From the NCBI RefSeq assembly GCF_018350175.1, contig NC_058368.1, positions 179,492,001 through 179,556,000 of the forward strand: a DNA stretch of 64,000 nucleotides, written 5' to 3'. Source of the stretch: Felis catus (Eukaryota). This document shows, in pieces, positions 27,953 through 40,605 of the stretch (positions within the stretch are counted from its first letter, which is position 1; the number at the start of each line of letters is the position of its first letter). The position numbers were made by a program, and so were the translations under genes. The notes beneath the pieces are model-generated. The model saw only the letters and a list, made by a program, of their open reading frames with translations, was not told where the DNA came from and did no database searches.

Positions 27953-28110
27953 AAGCAAGCATGAGCAGGGGAGGAGTAGTGAGAGAGGGAGACGCAGAAT
28001 CTGAAGCAGGCTCCAGGCTCTGAGCTGTCAGCACAGAACCCGGTGCGGGGGCTGGAACCCATAAACTGTGAAGTTGGAAGCTTAACCAACTGAGCCATCC
28101 AGTCACCCCC
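27895..28110 (-). mobile_element. Felid CAN-SINE with expanded (GA)n linker and short internal deletion
   Basis: Lacks the AGATCATGACCTGAGCCG segment present in neighbouring copies; TCTGTTCTTT flanking repeat. Confidence 0.92.
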
Positions 28111-28827
28111 TATCTGTTCTTTCTTGCCTTTTTTCCTATTTTCTTACTTTAGATATAGTGAGAATTTTTTATCATTTTATTTTATTTCTTCTGCCGTTTT
28201 GCTATATGTTTTTGCTTTACTTTTTGATAGTTTCCCTAAAATATTGTTTACAACACATATTTCAAATTTTCATAGTTTGTCTTCTACTCTCTGATAATAT
28301 TATACCATGTTCCCTATAGTGGAGTAATCTTACAAGAGTATACTTCGGCTACTTTCCTCCTGTCCTTTTTGCTATTATTTTCATATCCTTTATTTTTGCA
28401 TATATTATAAACTCATTGATACATTGTTGTTATTTTACTTTAAACAATTGTCTTTTAGCAGATTTATTGAGGTATAATTTAAATACAATAAATTTTTTAA
28501 GTTCAGTTGATTTTTTGAGTTTTAGTAAACTTATATAATTGAGTGACTATCACCAAAATCCAATCTTAGAACAATTCCATTGACCCCAAAAGTTCTCTTA
28601 TACCTGTTAGCAGTTAATTTCCACTGCCCACCCTACCCCATCCCCAGTTCTAGGAAACCACTGATTTGCTTTCTATACCTATAGCTTTCCTTTTCTTCAG
28701 ATTTAATTAAATTGATTCACACAATATGTAGTCTTGTATTTGTATCTGCCTTATTACAAATAACATTATGCTTCTGAGCTGCGTGAGCTGTATCCACATC
28801 ATTGCACGTATCAAGAGTTTGTTTCTT

Positions 28828-29052
28828 TTTTAAACATATATTTATTTATTTTGAGAGAGAGAGAGAGAGAGAGAGATACAGCACTCACATATGGGTGAGA
28901 GGGAGAGAAAGAGAAAGAGGGAGAGAGAGAGAATCCCAAGCAGGCCCCATGCCAGCACAGAGCCTGATAGGGCTCGATCCCACCACTGTTGAGATCATGA
29001 CCTGACACAAAACCAAGGGTCAGATGCTTCACTGACTGAGATACCCAGCCAC
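28828..29052 (-). mobile_element. Older CAN-SINE
   Basis: GAATCCCAAGCAGG...GAGATCATGACCTGA core, (GA)n linker; diverged. Confidence 0.9.
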
Positions 29053-30943
29053 TTCACTCTTTTTAATTGGGGAGTAATATTCCATCATATGGATGTATCA
29101 TTTTTAGTTTTAGTTTTTATCCCATCATCAATGATAGACATATGGATGGTTTCCAGTTTTGAGCTATTATGAATAATATTGCTATATAAGACTTTGTAGA
29201 CATATATTTCCCTTTCTCTTTGGTAGGCATTTAGAAGCAAAATTACTAGGTCATATGATAAGTGTGTGTTTAACTTTTAAGAAACTGCCAAGCTACTATC
29301 CAAAGTTGTACCATTTTTATTCCTATTAGCACTGAATGGGGGCTCCAGTTTCTCTATGTCCTTTTCGAGGCTTAGTAATTCCAATCTTTTTAATGTTGGC
29401 AATTCTAGTGGCTATATAGTGGTATCTCATTGAGATTTTAGTTTGCATTTCTCTTATGATTGATTTTGAGCATCTTTCCATGTTTCTACTTGTTATTTAT
29501 ATCTCTTCATCTACCTTCTTTGATGAAGTGTCTCTTCAAGTCTTTGGTTTATTTTTAATTTGGCTATTTGTCTTTTAATTATGGAGTTGTAAGAGTTTTC
29601 TTTTTTTTTAAATAAATTTTGGGTACAAGACATTTTGGTGAATTTTACCTGCTGCCATTACCATCCAGTGCATTTACATGTTAAATATTCTATTTTGCAT
29701 TTCTAGAAATTCCATTTGCTTCTTTTTATATCTTCCATTTTTTCTACTCCCTAAATATACAAATTATGTTTATAATAGCTGTTTTAATATCCTTGTCTAT
29801 TAACTACATCATTACTACCATTTATGTGTCTGTACTGGTTTTCTTTTCTTCTTTTTTTTCTTTTTTCATAAGGTATATTTTCAGGCTTGTTTGCATTGCT
29901 GGTGATTTTTGACTGGATGGCAGTCATATGAAATTTACATTGTTTGGTGCTCTTGTATATCTTTAAACAGTGTGGGACTATGTTCTTGTCACAGTTAAGT
30001 TACAAAAAATCAGTTGGAGCCTTTTGCAACTTGTTTTTAAGCTTTTCTTAAGGTGGGTCCAAGATATCTTTAGCTTCACTGCAAAAGCAATACTCTTCTG
30101 AGGTTTCTTTTCAATGCCTTATGTTATTATGAGGGTCTTTCACTGTGGCTGGTGGAAACACTAACTATTCCCAGTATTGTGTGAACTGTGGGAATGATTC
30201 AGCCTATTCCTGTCAGGTGGTTCTTTCCTCAGCCTCCTGTATTTTTCTCTCACAAATACTCAGTGAAAGACTCAAAGGAACATCTCAATAGATTCTAGAA
30301 TTCTCTTCTGTTCAGTACCCACCTCTTAGGTACACAGTGTTACAAGTCTAGACACAGTTGTCTTTCCAGTCTCTGTCTCCTCAACTTAGAATGCTGAGTT
30401 TGCATCCCTGGACTGCAGCCTAGAAATTATCTCTTGGAAGTAAGGTGGCATAATTGTACAACTTACCTCATTTGTTTCACATTTCAGGGAGCAGTCGTAT
30501 ACCTCCTATTTTCCAACGTTTGAAAATCATCTTTTTTATATTTTTTGTGTCCACTTTTCTACAGGCTTCAGGTAGAAAGGTGAACCTAGTTTTTGTTATT
30601 CCCTACAGCTAGAAGCAGAAGTCTCTATAGGAAGCTTTGGATCATAAGAATTACATGATCAGATGTATATTTCAATAATGTGGGGCTGCTGAGTTAAAGG
30701 TTGGCTATAGAAGGTGGGGGGTAGTAGAGGCAAGGAGTTAGGAGATGACTGCTAGGATCCAGATGAGAAGTGACAGTCATTTGTTGTAATGGTAGACATG
30801 AAACAAAATGATTGAATTCTGGACTTGAAGAAAAAATATAGGAATTGCTGATTACTTGGATGTCGTGTATGAAAAGAACGGAGAAATTAAGGATGACTCT
30901 AAGACTTTTGGCTTAATTAATTAGAAAAATGGAGAGGTCTTTG

Positions 30944-32628
30944 TTTTTTTGTTTTTGTTTTTGTTTTTTTTTTATATATGAAATTTATTGACAAATTGGT
31001 TTCCATACAACACCCAGTGCTCATCCCAAAAGGTGCCCTCCTCAGTACCCATCACCCACCCTCTCCTCCCTCCCACCCCCCATCAACCCTCAGTTTGTTC
31101 TCAGTTTTTAACAGTCTCTTATACTTTGGCTCTCTCCCACTCTAACCTCTTTTTTTTTTTTCCTTCCCCTCCCCCATGGGTTCCTGTTAAGTTTCTCAGG
31201 ATCCACATAAGAGTGAAACCATATGGTATCTGTCTTTCTCTGTATGGCTTATTTCACTTAGCATCACACTCTCCAGTTCCATCCACGTTGCTGCAAAAGG
31301 CCATATTTCATTTTTTCTCATTGTCACGTAATATTCCATTGTGTATATAAACCACAGTTTCTTTATCCATTCATCAGTTGATGGACATTTAGGCTCTTTC
31401 CATAATTTGGCTATTGTTGAGAGTGCTGCTATGAACATTGGGGTACAAGTGGCCCTATGCATCAGGACTCCTGTATCCCTTGGATAAATTCCTAGCAGTG
31501 TTATTGCTGGGTCATAGGGTAGGTCTATTTTTAATTTTCTGAGGAACCTCCACACTGCTTTCCAGAGCGGCTGCACCAATTTGCATTCCCACCAACAGTG
31601 CAAGAGGGTTCCCATTTCTCCACATCCTCTCCAGCATCTATAGTCTCCTGATTTGTTCATTTTGGCCACTCTGACTGGCGTGAGGTGATACCTGAGTGTG
31701 GTTTTGATTTGTATTTCCCTGATAAGGAGCGACGCTGAACATCTTTTCATGTGCCTGTTGGCCATCCGGATGTCTTCTTTAGAGAAGTGTCTATTCATGT
31801 TTTCTGCCCATTTCTTCACTGGGTTATTTGTTTTTCGGGTGTGGAGTTTGGTGAGCTCTTTATAGATTTTGGATACTAGCCCTTTGTCCGATATGTCATT
31901 TGCGAATATCTTTTCCCATTCCGTTGGTTGCCTTTTAGTTTTGTTGGTTGTTTCCTTTGCTGTGCAGAAGCTTTTTATCTTCATAAGGTCCCAGTAATTC
32001 ACTTTTGCTTTTAATTCCCTTGCCTTTGGGGATGTGTCGAGGAAGAGATTGCTACGGCTGAGGTCAGAGAGGTCTTTTCCTGCTTTCTCCTCTAAGGTTT
32101 TGATGGTTTCCTGTCTCACATTTAGGTCCTTTATCCATTTTGAGTTTATTTTTGTGAATGGTGTGAGAAAGTGGTCTAGTTTCAACCTTCTGCATGTTGC
32201 TGTCCAGTTCTCCCAGCACCATTTGTTAAAGAGGCTGTCTTTTTTCCATTGGATGTTCTTTCCTGCTTTGTCAAAGATGAGTTGGCCATACGTTTGTGGG
32301 TCTAGTTCTGGGGTTTCTATTCTATTCCATTGGTCTATGTGTCTGTTTTTGTGCCAATACCATGCTGTCTTGATGATGACAGCTTTGTAGTAGAGGCTAA
32401 AGTCTGGGATTGTGATGCTTCCTGCGTTGGTCTTCTTCTTCAAAATTCCTTTGGCTATTCGGGGCCTTTTGTGGTTCCATATGAATTTTAGGATTGCTTG
32501 TTCTAGTTTCGAGAAGAATGCTGGTGCAATTTTGATTGGGATTGCATTGAATGTGTAGATAGCTTTGGGTAGTATTGACATTTTGACAATATTTATTTTT
32601 CCAATCCATAAGCAGGGAATGTCTTTCC
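30944..32628 (-). mobile_element. Young felid LINE-1, 5'-truncated (1685 bp) with uninterrupted ORF2 C-terminal frame
   Basis: 461-aa ORF 31196-32581 is L1 ORF2p C-terminal region incl. cysteine-rich motif; patterned tail; perfect 20-bp TSD GAAAAATGGAGAGGTCTTTG at 30924-30943 and 32629-32648. Confidence 0.97.
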
Positions 32629-33074
32629 GAAAAATGGAGAGGTCTTTGAAAACAACAATTTCACTGTTGGGGAGAAATTCTGAAAGGGGTGTACTGAAGA
32701 AAGAATAAGAGAGGAATCAGACACAGTGAGGACAGACAGCTCTCTCAAGAAGTTCAATCAATTACATTCCATCTGTCAAGAGACCTACAATCTAGTTGGG
32801 CAGGAGTATTATTCGTAAATAGATAATTATATTAGTGTAAGGAGTATAGAATAGAGATTTCTACAGCCACAAATCAAATGAAAAAATCTCTAATATAAGG
32901 AGGGTATTAATGGAGGAAAGTATAAAATAGCTTCACAGAGGTGGAGAGGCTTGAGCTGCATGGCAAAAGACCAGGACAATTTCACCAGAGGAGGTGGGCC
33001 AGCGCATTGCATATAGTGTGAAGAACATGAGGTAACTTGACAGATGGAAGACACCTCAACACTTTCAGGAAATT

Positions 33075-33284
33075 ATTTTTAATGTTTATTTATTATTGAG
33101 AGACAGAGAGAGACAGAGCCTGAGCATGGGAGGAGCTGAGAGACGGGGAGACACAGAATCTGAAGCAATTTCCAGGCTCCAAGCTGTCAGCACCGAGCCC
33201 GACATGGGGCTCGAACTCACAAACCACAAGATCGTGCCCTAAGCCGAAGTCAGACGTTTAACCAACTGAGCCACCCAGGTGCCC
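33075..33284 (-). mobile_element. Felid CAN-SINE inserted in L2
   Basis: Full body; 16/18 TSD (33057-33074 vs 33285-33302). Confidence 0.95.
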
Positions 33285-34302
33285 CAACGCATTCAGGAAA
33301 TTTTAATTCTCTATGGCTCAGCTTAAGGTGGGAAGGATTTGTGAAAAAAAAGAAGCAAGAGACAAAGGCAGAGACAAGGTTGATTGACAAAGACCCTTCT
33401 TTACCATGTACATACTTTAGACTACTTTGTAAGTAATGGAAATTCCTCTAAGTATCTGGAATGTGACCGGAGGTGGTGAGCAGTGAAGTAAGTGGGTTGA
33501 AGGGCCTGGGTGAGAGGCCTTTATGGCCAGAACAAATCCAAGGAGATGGAACATTTGGAGTAGGATCTCACAGTGTTTGAAGTTGAGGAGTCAACAGGTC
33601 TTGGTCTTGGTGAACTGATGGATAGGGTGAATTAGAGGATTAAAAGGGGAAAGTTAAAGATGATGTTTAGGTTTTTGGCTTGGCCATCTGGGTAGATTGT
33701 GATACCATTAGCTAAACTTGGGAAATAAAATATTTTACAGAAATTCACACTCCTCACCCAAGACTGAGTAATCACTCATTAAGGTGGTAGTTCCAAGAGT
33801 GGGTTAGAAGGTCCTTAACCTCCTACTCTAGTGGTTTTCATCAACTCCACCCCTTATCCCCTAGCCATATTGAAAACTTAAAAGCTGTGGGAAAAAAGAA
33901 AATATGATGCTGCCTATACAAAATAGCTTTGCTACAAATCCCCTAATTAACATGCCTTTTGTCAGTCCCTTTATCTACAAATATCCTTGGAATTACAATT
34001 GACTCTGCATCAGGTCAGATTAGTCCAAAACATTAGACTTCTCTTCATACACACAAATGATAGTATTATACCAAATGATAGTGGTATTACCACTCATGGT
34101 AGTACTTCACATAGACTAGGCTTAGTACAGTGGTGAAGAAGAAATAATTCTGACCTTCTCAGAAGGGGTCTCCCTCACGTTCTAGGATCCATCTACAGAG
34201 CCCTTTCTTATGTTTCTCCAACTAGGCCACTCATACCAGGGCTTTTGCATGTGCCATTTTGTCTCTTGGAGTAGTGACCTATCCCACTCCATACCTTATT
34301 AT

Positions 34303-34512
34303 TTTTTTAAAAAAAAATTAATGTTTATTTATTATTGAGAGACAGAGCATGAGCATGGGAGGGGCAGAGAGAGGAGACACAGAATCCGAAGCAGGCTGCA
34401 GGCTCCCAACTGTCAGCACAGAGCCCAACGCGGGGCTCGAACTCACAAATTGAGAGATCATGACCTGAGCCAAAGTTGGACGCTTAACTGACTGAACCAC
34501 CCAGGCACACTT
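34303..34512 (-). mobile_element. Felid CAN-SINE
   Basis: Full body; perfect 16-bp TSD CTCCATACCTTATTAT (34287-34302, 34513-34528). Confidence 0.96.
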
Positions 34513-34994
34513 CTCCATACCTTATTATATCATAGCCAGATTCTTCTTGTCTTTTGAATCTCCTTCTATGGCCATTTTTCTGAGACCTTTCCAGCCTCAA
34601 TTAGTCTTTATCATATAACCCTGTTAATTCTCTTCCCAACACTTTATAATTTTTATTCATATATTTATTCTCTTGCTTAATTGATTGTTTTACATCTATT
34701 GCCCAAACAAGACTCCATGAGTAGCAATCATGTTTTACTTTGACTTCACTATAATGTGACCTTCACCCAAAAAGTATACAGTAAACACATGTGGAATCAA
34801 TAAATAATAAATAAAAGGCAGATAATTAGGGCTACTATTTAAAAGCATTTCATTAATTGACCAATAGGAAAAGGTATTTATTTTGGGAAGGGGAGAATTT
34901 CCTGTTGTTTCTGAAATTATACCACATAGATAACAGCTTTCCCTAAGATTCGTCTTGTGTGATTTGGAGAAAATATAATTTCAAGATTGCACTG

Positions 34995-35404
34995 GTATAT
35001 CATTCTGGGCAAGTAATGCCAATGACTATGATAAACAACCTCCAAATCTTAGTTGGGGGGCTTAGGTTATTCTATTAAAAACTGTATGGTCATTGCCTTC
35101 TATGTGTTGATTCAAAGATTCCAGTGTCTTCCTTTCTGTGGCTCCACCATCCTGTTAGGACACTGTGATTCTTCAGTGGATACCCTCTATTTGTCTAGCC
35201 AACAGGCAAAGACAGAAGACCTGCCTGATTATAGGGGTTTCAAAGGCCATGTCCAGGAGTGATATGCATCACTTCTGCATAAGCTCCATTGGTCAAAATG
35301 AAGCATATGGCCCCAACTTAACTGCAAAGGAGGCTGGGAAATACAGTCTTTCTGTGTTCCAAGAAAGAACTGTATCTGTGAGCATCAAGCTAGCCTCTGC
35401 CACA
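34995..35404 (-). mobile_element. MaLR LTR (MLT1J-like)
   Basis: CATCACTTCTGC...CCATTGGTCAAAA...AACTGCAAAGGAGGCTGGGAAA...CTCTGCCACA. Confidence 0.75.
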
Positions 35405-37284
35405 ATAGGGGACTTCATTTGGTTGTTATCAAGATTAGAGAGTTAATATACATGAAACACTCAGAACAGTACCCAGCATATCAGGGGCATCAATGATGCC
35501 AGGTAAGTTGCAAGAGGAGTTTCTTTGAGTTGGCACTAATTACTGCTTGCTAAACAAGGGTGGTATTCTAAAGTTTCTTTCAGTCCCAACAGCTGGCTGG
35601 AGAGTTTTGTGAGCCCCAGTGCCCAAGGAAGCCAGCCAAGAATGCAGATGCCACCGCCAAGTCTGTGTGGCACATCTTCATGCTTTGTTTAATTTGGTTC
35701 CCTGGGTGGGATGAGTTTTATGAGCAGGTGTTCTGGTTAATTAGGTGATTAATACTCCTCAAATTGGAGAGCCATTTCCCCAGTGACAATTCTTGATCTG
35801 CTCAAATATGAGACAAATCTTCATTGCACAGTTTGGACAGACCCATGATTGCACTCACCTGTCTGCTAGGCTTCTCAGGTCAGCACTCTGGCACTGAGGA
35901 GTAGGAGCCTGACCTCACATCTGGCTGAGTCACTATCTTGATGCACCAGTTTGGAGAAATAAGAGCTCCCCAATTCATTTGCCGTTCTTTCAGACTAGGG
36001 CAAAGTCGATCTGGGGCACATTTATGGTTCCTTTCTGGGGATTCCAATCCATATAATCTCTGAAGATCAGAGTCATTGTCTCTGCACAGAGCCCTCTAGC
36101 TTCTAAAGCAAGGTGGCCGACCCACATCTAAGGGGAAATCAGGCATCAAAGCTTTTACTCAAATTTTCTCTCAGACCAATAGAAATCTGCCCTAAATTCT
36201 CCTATATTCCACATTCCCAAATCCCTTTCCTCACACTCATATACCATTCTATTTCTGTCTCCTTGTCTTTGCTTTCCTCAAGATGAAGACCCTTTTCCTC
36301 CCATTGAGATCATCAATTCTATATATCCTTCCAAAGCCAAATGGCATTCCTCAGCACTTCCAATCCAGCTTGAAGTGATTTCTCCCTTTTTTAGAATTTT
36401 TGTAGCACTTACTATCTGACTCACATTAATTAGCATTTAATCATATACCATATCTTTTATCTTCTTTCATGTGTCTTAATCTTATCTTCCTAATTGGATT
36501 GTTGGCAGCTGTGGGCTGTGTCTTCTAGGCATATATAAAGTTCTCAGTAAATCGCTGTTAATTGCTAAATTAAGCTAGGATCCCTCTTATACTTCCAGAA
36601 AATGGGTCAAATACCAACTCGGCCACACAGCTGAAAATATGGCTACTAATTTTAGTTCCTCACATGCTCAAGCTTTACAACCACAGAGGGACTGAATCTC
36701 TTCCTTCCAGTTCCAGTTGGAAAAAATTCAGGGAAGACCCAGACTGGCTTATCTCAGTCATGTGCTCAACCCTAGAAAATCACTGTCTTGACGAGGCGAG
36801 ATCTGTAAGAACAAGAAAGTTCTAAATTATAATCACATAGTTGGAGTGGAAGATCAAGTAAGAGTTGTCCACTACAGAGGGATCTGGATTTTGGAAGGTT
36901 CTATCTTCTTCTCCAGGATAAGTTATTTATTTTAAAATTATGTATTCATTCATCAAACATTTACCTAGTCAGAGTAGATCCTGCCCTTTGGAGAAGGTCA
37001 ATAGTTTAACTGACAGTAAACCTTTACTATTCTTTCTTTCTCAAGGGCGAGAAAAAGAATCATTTGCATAGAAAAAAAAACCTTCCAGGTCCAGCTGATA
37101 GTACCTTTCCTTAATCCTGTGCTCCAGAAGTGACCTGAAATTCACATATGTGAATTCTTCCCTCTCCCAGGAAGATTTAATAGGAATCACAGTCTTAATC
37201 TCAAATTAGAGTTTTCACCCTCTTTCCCTCCCCCTCCCCATTCACATATTCCTCAGAGAGCTGCCTTGATGGCTCAGTGAGGTA

Positions 37285-37730
37285 GTGTTTCAGTTTCAGG
37301 GCCTCAGATAGGAAACAGACAACACAACCTGAAAGAGTCATTTGAAGAAGGGTTAGTAAAGGGACTATTTAGAAAAGTGAGGCAGGGTTAAGGAATCAAT
37401 AAGAGATGAGGAGTCCCTAAGGTTTAGGAATAGTGGGAAGCCATTCCTATTCCTACCCTCTAAAGAGAAAAGGGGATGGGAATGGCAGCTGGAGGCCAGG
37501 GCTAGAGAACATGAACTATGACCTTCAGTAAAGGAAGGCAGCCGCTGCCAAACTGCTGTCCTTATGGAGGAAGCCCTGGTTTTTCCTCCAGATCTCTGGG
37601 CTAGTTCCCTACATTGGCAGACCCAAGAGAATACGGGTGATACAGTCCATAGAGGTCAGCCTTCCGGTGAAGATAATAGGGTGTCAGTGGGCAGAGCGAT
37701 CTGGAAAATTCACTGGAGAATGACTAGCAC
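37285..37730 (-). mobile_element. ERVL LTR (LTR33-like)
   Basis: AAAGGGACTATTTAGAAAAGTGAGGCAGGGTTAAGGAATCAATAAGAGATG motif. Confidence 0.6.
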
Positions 37731-40162
37731 AAATGCTAAGTTTCAATGAGATAAGAGCAAACATATCAGAATGGAAGTGTGGGGCAGGGAATGTGTATAG
37801 TTAAAAAAAAAAAACCCACTCAGAGATTCTAGAAGAATATAGTCTCATCATCCTCCCCCAAAAGGTCGAGTAACACTGATCAAAATAAGTAAAACTGCAG
37901 CGAAATAATGTCAAATAAGCTAGCTGATTGGGTGGATCATTCAAATATTTGTTAATTAGTCCTTCGTCAACCATCACAGAGGTATTTGTACCTCTAGGCA
38001 TCAAGTATGCAAAAATGAATTAGATACTTCTGTGTTTGAAATTTTTTATAATAAATGTTGCCTTAATGGATTACACAGGTTCACTGACTTTGAGAATCCA
38101 ACAGATTGGACCAGCAAGGTTTCCTGGAGGAGTGGACAGCTCAGCTGACTCTGGGCTAGTCAGATAGCAAAGAGCCAGGAAGAATGCTCTGGAGGGATGT
38201 TGAGAGATGGGAGAGCGGGGGGAGATGAGGTATAGAGGTATAAATCAAAGTTCAGGATTGCATTGTCAGGTGTGCATTTTAGAAAAAAACCCTTGATCAT
38301 CACGGCTAAGGCTGAATTGGTGGAGGAAACCAGACAGAGACTTGGTGGGGTGGGGGGAGCGGTATGAGCATTGGCCATGCATGAAGCCAGGATCTGAACG
38401 ATAGCAGGAGATCCAAAGATGAAGAGGGACAGATCAAGTGATAATCATGAGGAAGAATTAATGGGACTCAGGAACTGAAAGGCTGTGATGTGAAGCAGAG
38501 GCAAGATGCTTCGGTGCTGTTTGGCTTCTCGTCATCCCCCTGTTTTTTCACCTAACAGCTTCCCAGTTTTTCTTCGAGAGCACAGCTGCTTACCTGCCCA
38601 ACTGAGTATAGTTTCCATGGAACCGTTATCCACACATTCTTGTCTTCTTTGACTAAGAGGACGATTACATGACCTAAGCCAGGCCAGTCTTTCCCTCTTG
38701 GGAATTTGGATACCTTGGGCTTGGGCTTGATCCTAGATCCAGCCTTGATTTGTGTCTTTTTTAAAGCTTCCTTCTTTAGTTTCTTCCCCCTTAATTTTGT
38801 ATGCTACCCAAAGACTTTCTTTAAAAGTATTACTTTTTTACTTCAATCAGTTATTTTCTATTGTTGCAACCAGAAAACCCTCAACTAGTTAATTATAGTG
38901 GCCATGTAAATGGTGGTGCCTTTTCCTGAGAGACAGAAAAGAGGTAGAGGAGAAAATTTGAGGTGGGTTTCTTGGTGGGCAGTTTGCTTTTGAGAAGCCT
39001 CTAGAAAACCAAAGGGAAGAATCCAAAAGTTTGCCCCAGAGGCTTATGTGGAATCTGAAAATCACACCACAGAGTGTAAAAGCCATCTCTGGCAGTTAAA
39101 CATAAAAAGTCCTACCCAACAAACTGACCTCCGAAGGACTTACTCATCTTACTCATGCTCCTCTGGGAAGAGTAATGCTTCCATGTAGAGGCTGACATAT
39201 TCTAAAGATGCCTCAGAATTAGTGGGGAAAAGTGGATAGAGCCCAATTCTAGGCACTGGGAGCCCTGGGTCTTGGCTCTGGTTCTTTCACTAATTAGCTT
39301 GATAAACTTGTACCAGTGCCCTTCCCTCTCTGAGACTCAGTTTGTGTGTTATTGAATACAGGGGCTGATTGATATTGGGTGGTCTCCAAAATATTCAAAA
39401 GAATTTTAAGTTTACATGTAAACTGGGAAACTGGGTTCAAAAAACCTTAAACCAGTTTCCTTACTACAAGACTTCTCAGGGTCATAAATATGCTCATCGG
39501 AGATGCAGATCTCCAAGAGAGGTGAAAGTGAGCATTTCTCACCCTGTTTTTGCCCAAGATCACCCCCCACCAACATTCTTGAAGAAACATATAGAACTAG
39601 TAGTCGTCAGAACACACATGCAGAGATTTTGGATTAGGTGGTAGCTAAGATTGTTCCACTTACACTCCCTGATTCTGTATGGCTGGTGTCCTGTGTACCT
39701 CCTGTTTTCCCCACTTGTCCCTTCCTCTGGGATGATGGACTCCCAGGCTCTGTTCTAAAGTGTTCTCCCAAGGAAAAGCAAGCACACTTGAATGCCTATG
39801 AAGTCACTTAAAGATCTAGTCAGACTCATGAAATCCCCCATCAGCTTAAATGGAAAACACAGTCCCTGCCCCCCCCTTCGCCCCCGCCCATCATACTGTG
39901 CTCAGAGCTCAGACCCAGGCCCAGCCTAAAGGGATTGCAAAACATGCTCTAGCGTGGACTTGGGAAAACAAAGAAAACTCTACTCTTTTCTCCTCCAGAC
40001 AGTCTGAGACGCTTTGTGCCCTTGGGCTTTTGCCCAGTTCTCTCATCTGCCTCAGTCCTGGTACTAAATTGGTTCAAGGTTTGGAGGAAAGTTTCAGAGG
40101 AAAGGATGTTTAGAGTTCTTAGAAGCTGAAGTCACTCTATGGACCAGAGCATAGACCACCTA

Positions 40163-40181
40163 TGGCCACCAGAGGGCGATG
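40163..40181 (+). promoter_or_regulatory. Candidate CTCF binding site
   Basis: TGGCCACCAGAGGGCGATG closely matches the CTCF core consensus (TGGCCACCAGGGGGCGCTA). Confidence 0.7.
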
Positions 40182-40454
40182 ACAACAGCTTCGTGTAGAA
40201 AGCTGCTCCCAAGAATAACAGCAGTAAATTACACCTAATGTGTTTATGAATGATGGAGGGGCTGAAGTGTGTGCGACTATACATGTATGTGCAGTTGGAT
40301 GCCTGCAGCTATGATTCTGAAAACATGCTAAATAGAATAAAATAAAAGCTGCACCTCTACTATATATTCACAGGATATGGCCAAGTCGTTGAAAATTTCC
40401 TTGAAGGAAAATGAGGTAGAAGGTATTAGAATAGCATTCATAATTGTAATTGTG

Positions 40455-40605
40455 GTATGCGTGATTGTGTGTGGTGTGAGAGTATGCATATACACGTGTG
40501 TATTTGAGTGTGAATGTGTAGATGGATGTGTGTGTGTGAGCCTGAGTGTAAGCATGCGTGTGCACAAGTGTGTGTGCACACGTGTGCACACGTGCACACG
40601 CATGT
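40455..40605. repeat. Degenerate (TG/CA) alternating purine-pyrimidine tract with palindrome
   Basis: Direct read; uninterrupted RY alternation 40568-40605. Confidence 0.9.

Larger units (their letters stand above)
23055..30625 (-). mobile_element. Long ancient L1M remnant with nested insertions (young L1, three SINEs, second L1M 3' end at ~28455-29640)
   Basis: 3' UTR terminus at ~23060, colinear degenerate ORF2 including endonuclease-like residues (FIMIKGSVHQENITILNVDVPNKRASK, ORF 27177-27377), 5'-type sequence to ~30625. Confidence 0.78.
30630..33720 (-). mobile_element. L2 remnants interrupted by young L1 and SINE
   Basis: AAGGATGACTCTAAGACTTTTGGCTT and AAAGATGATGTTTAGGTTTTTGGCTTGG type L2 motifs flanking the insertions. 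Confidence 0.6.

Noticed and set aside
31196..32581. 461-aa ORF as a host gene or domesticated protein
   Set aside because: It is the C-terminal part of L1 ORF2p in a TSD-flanked truncated insertion, nearly identical to the other young L1 copies; no promoter.
1240..40113. Remaining short ORFs (60-180 aa) upstream of the promoter
   Set aside because: Overlap SINE/LINE/LTR remnants or have no recognisable domain, exon structure or promoter; many start at non-ATG codons.
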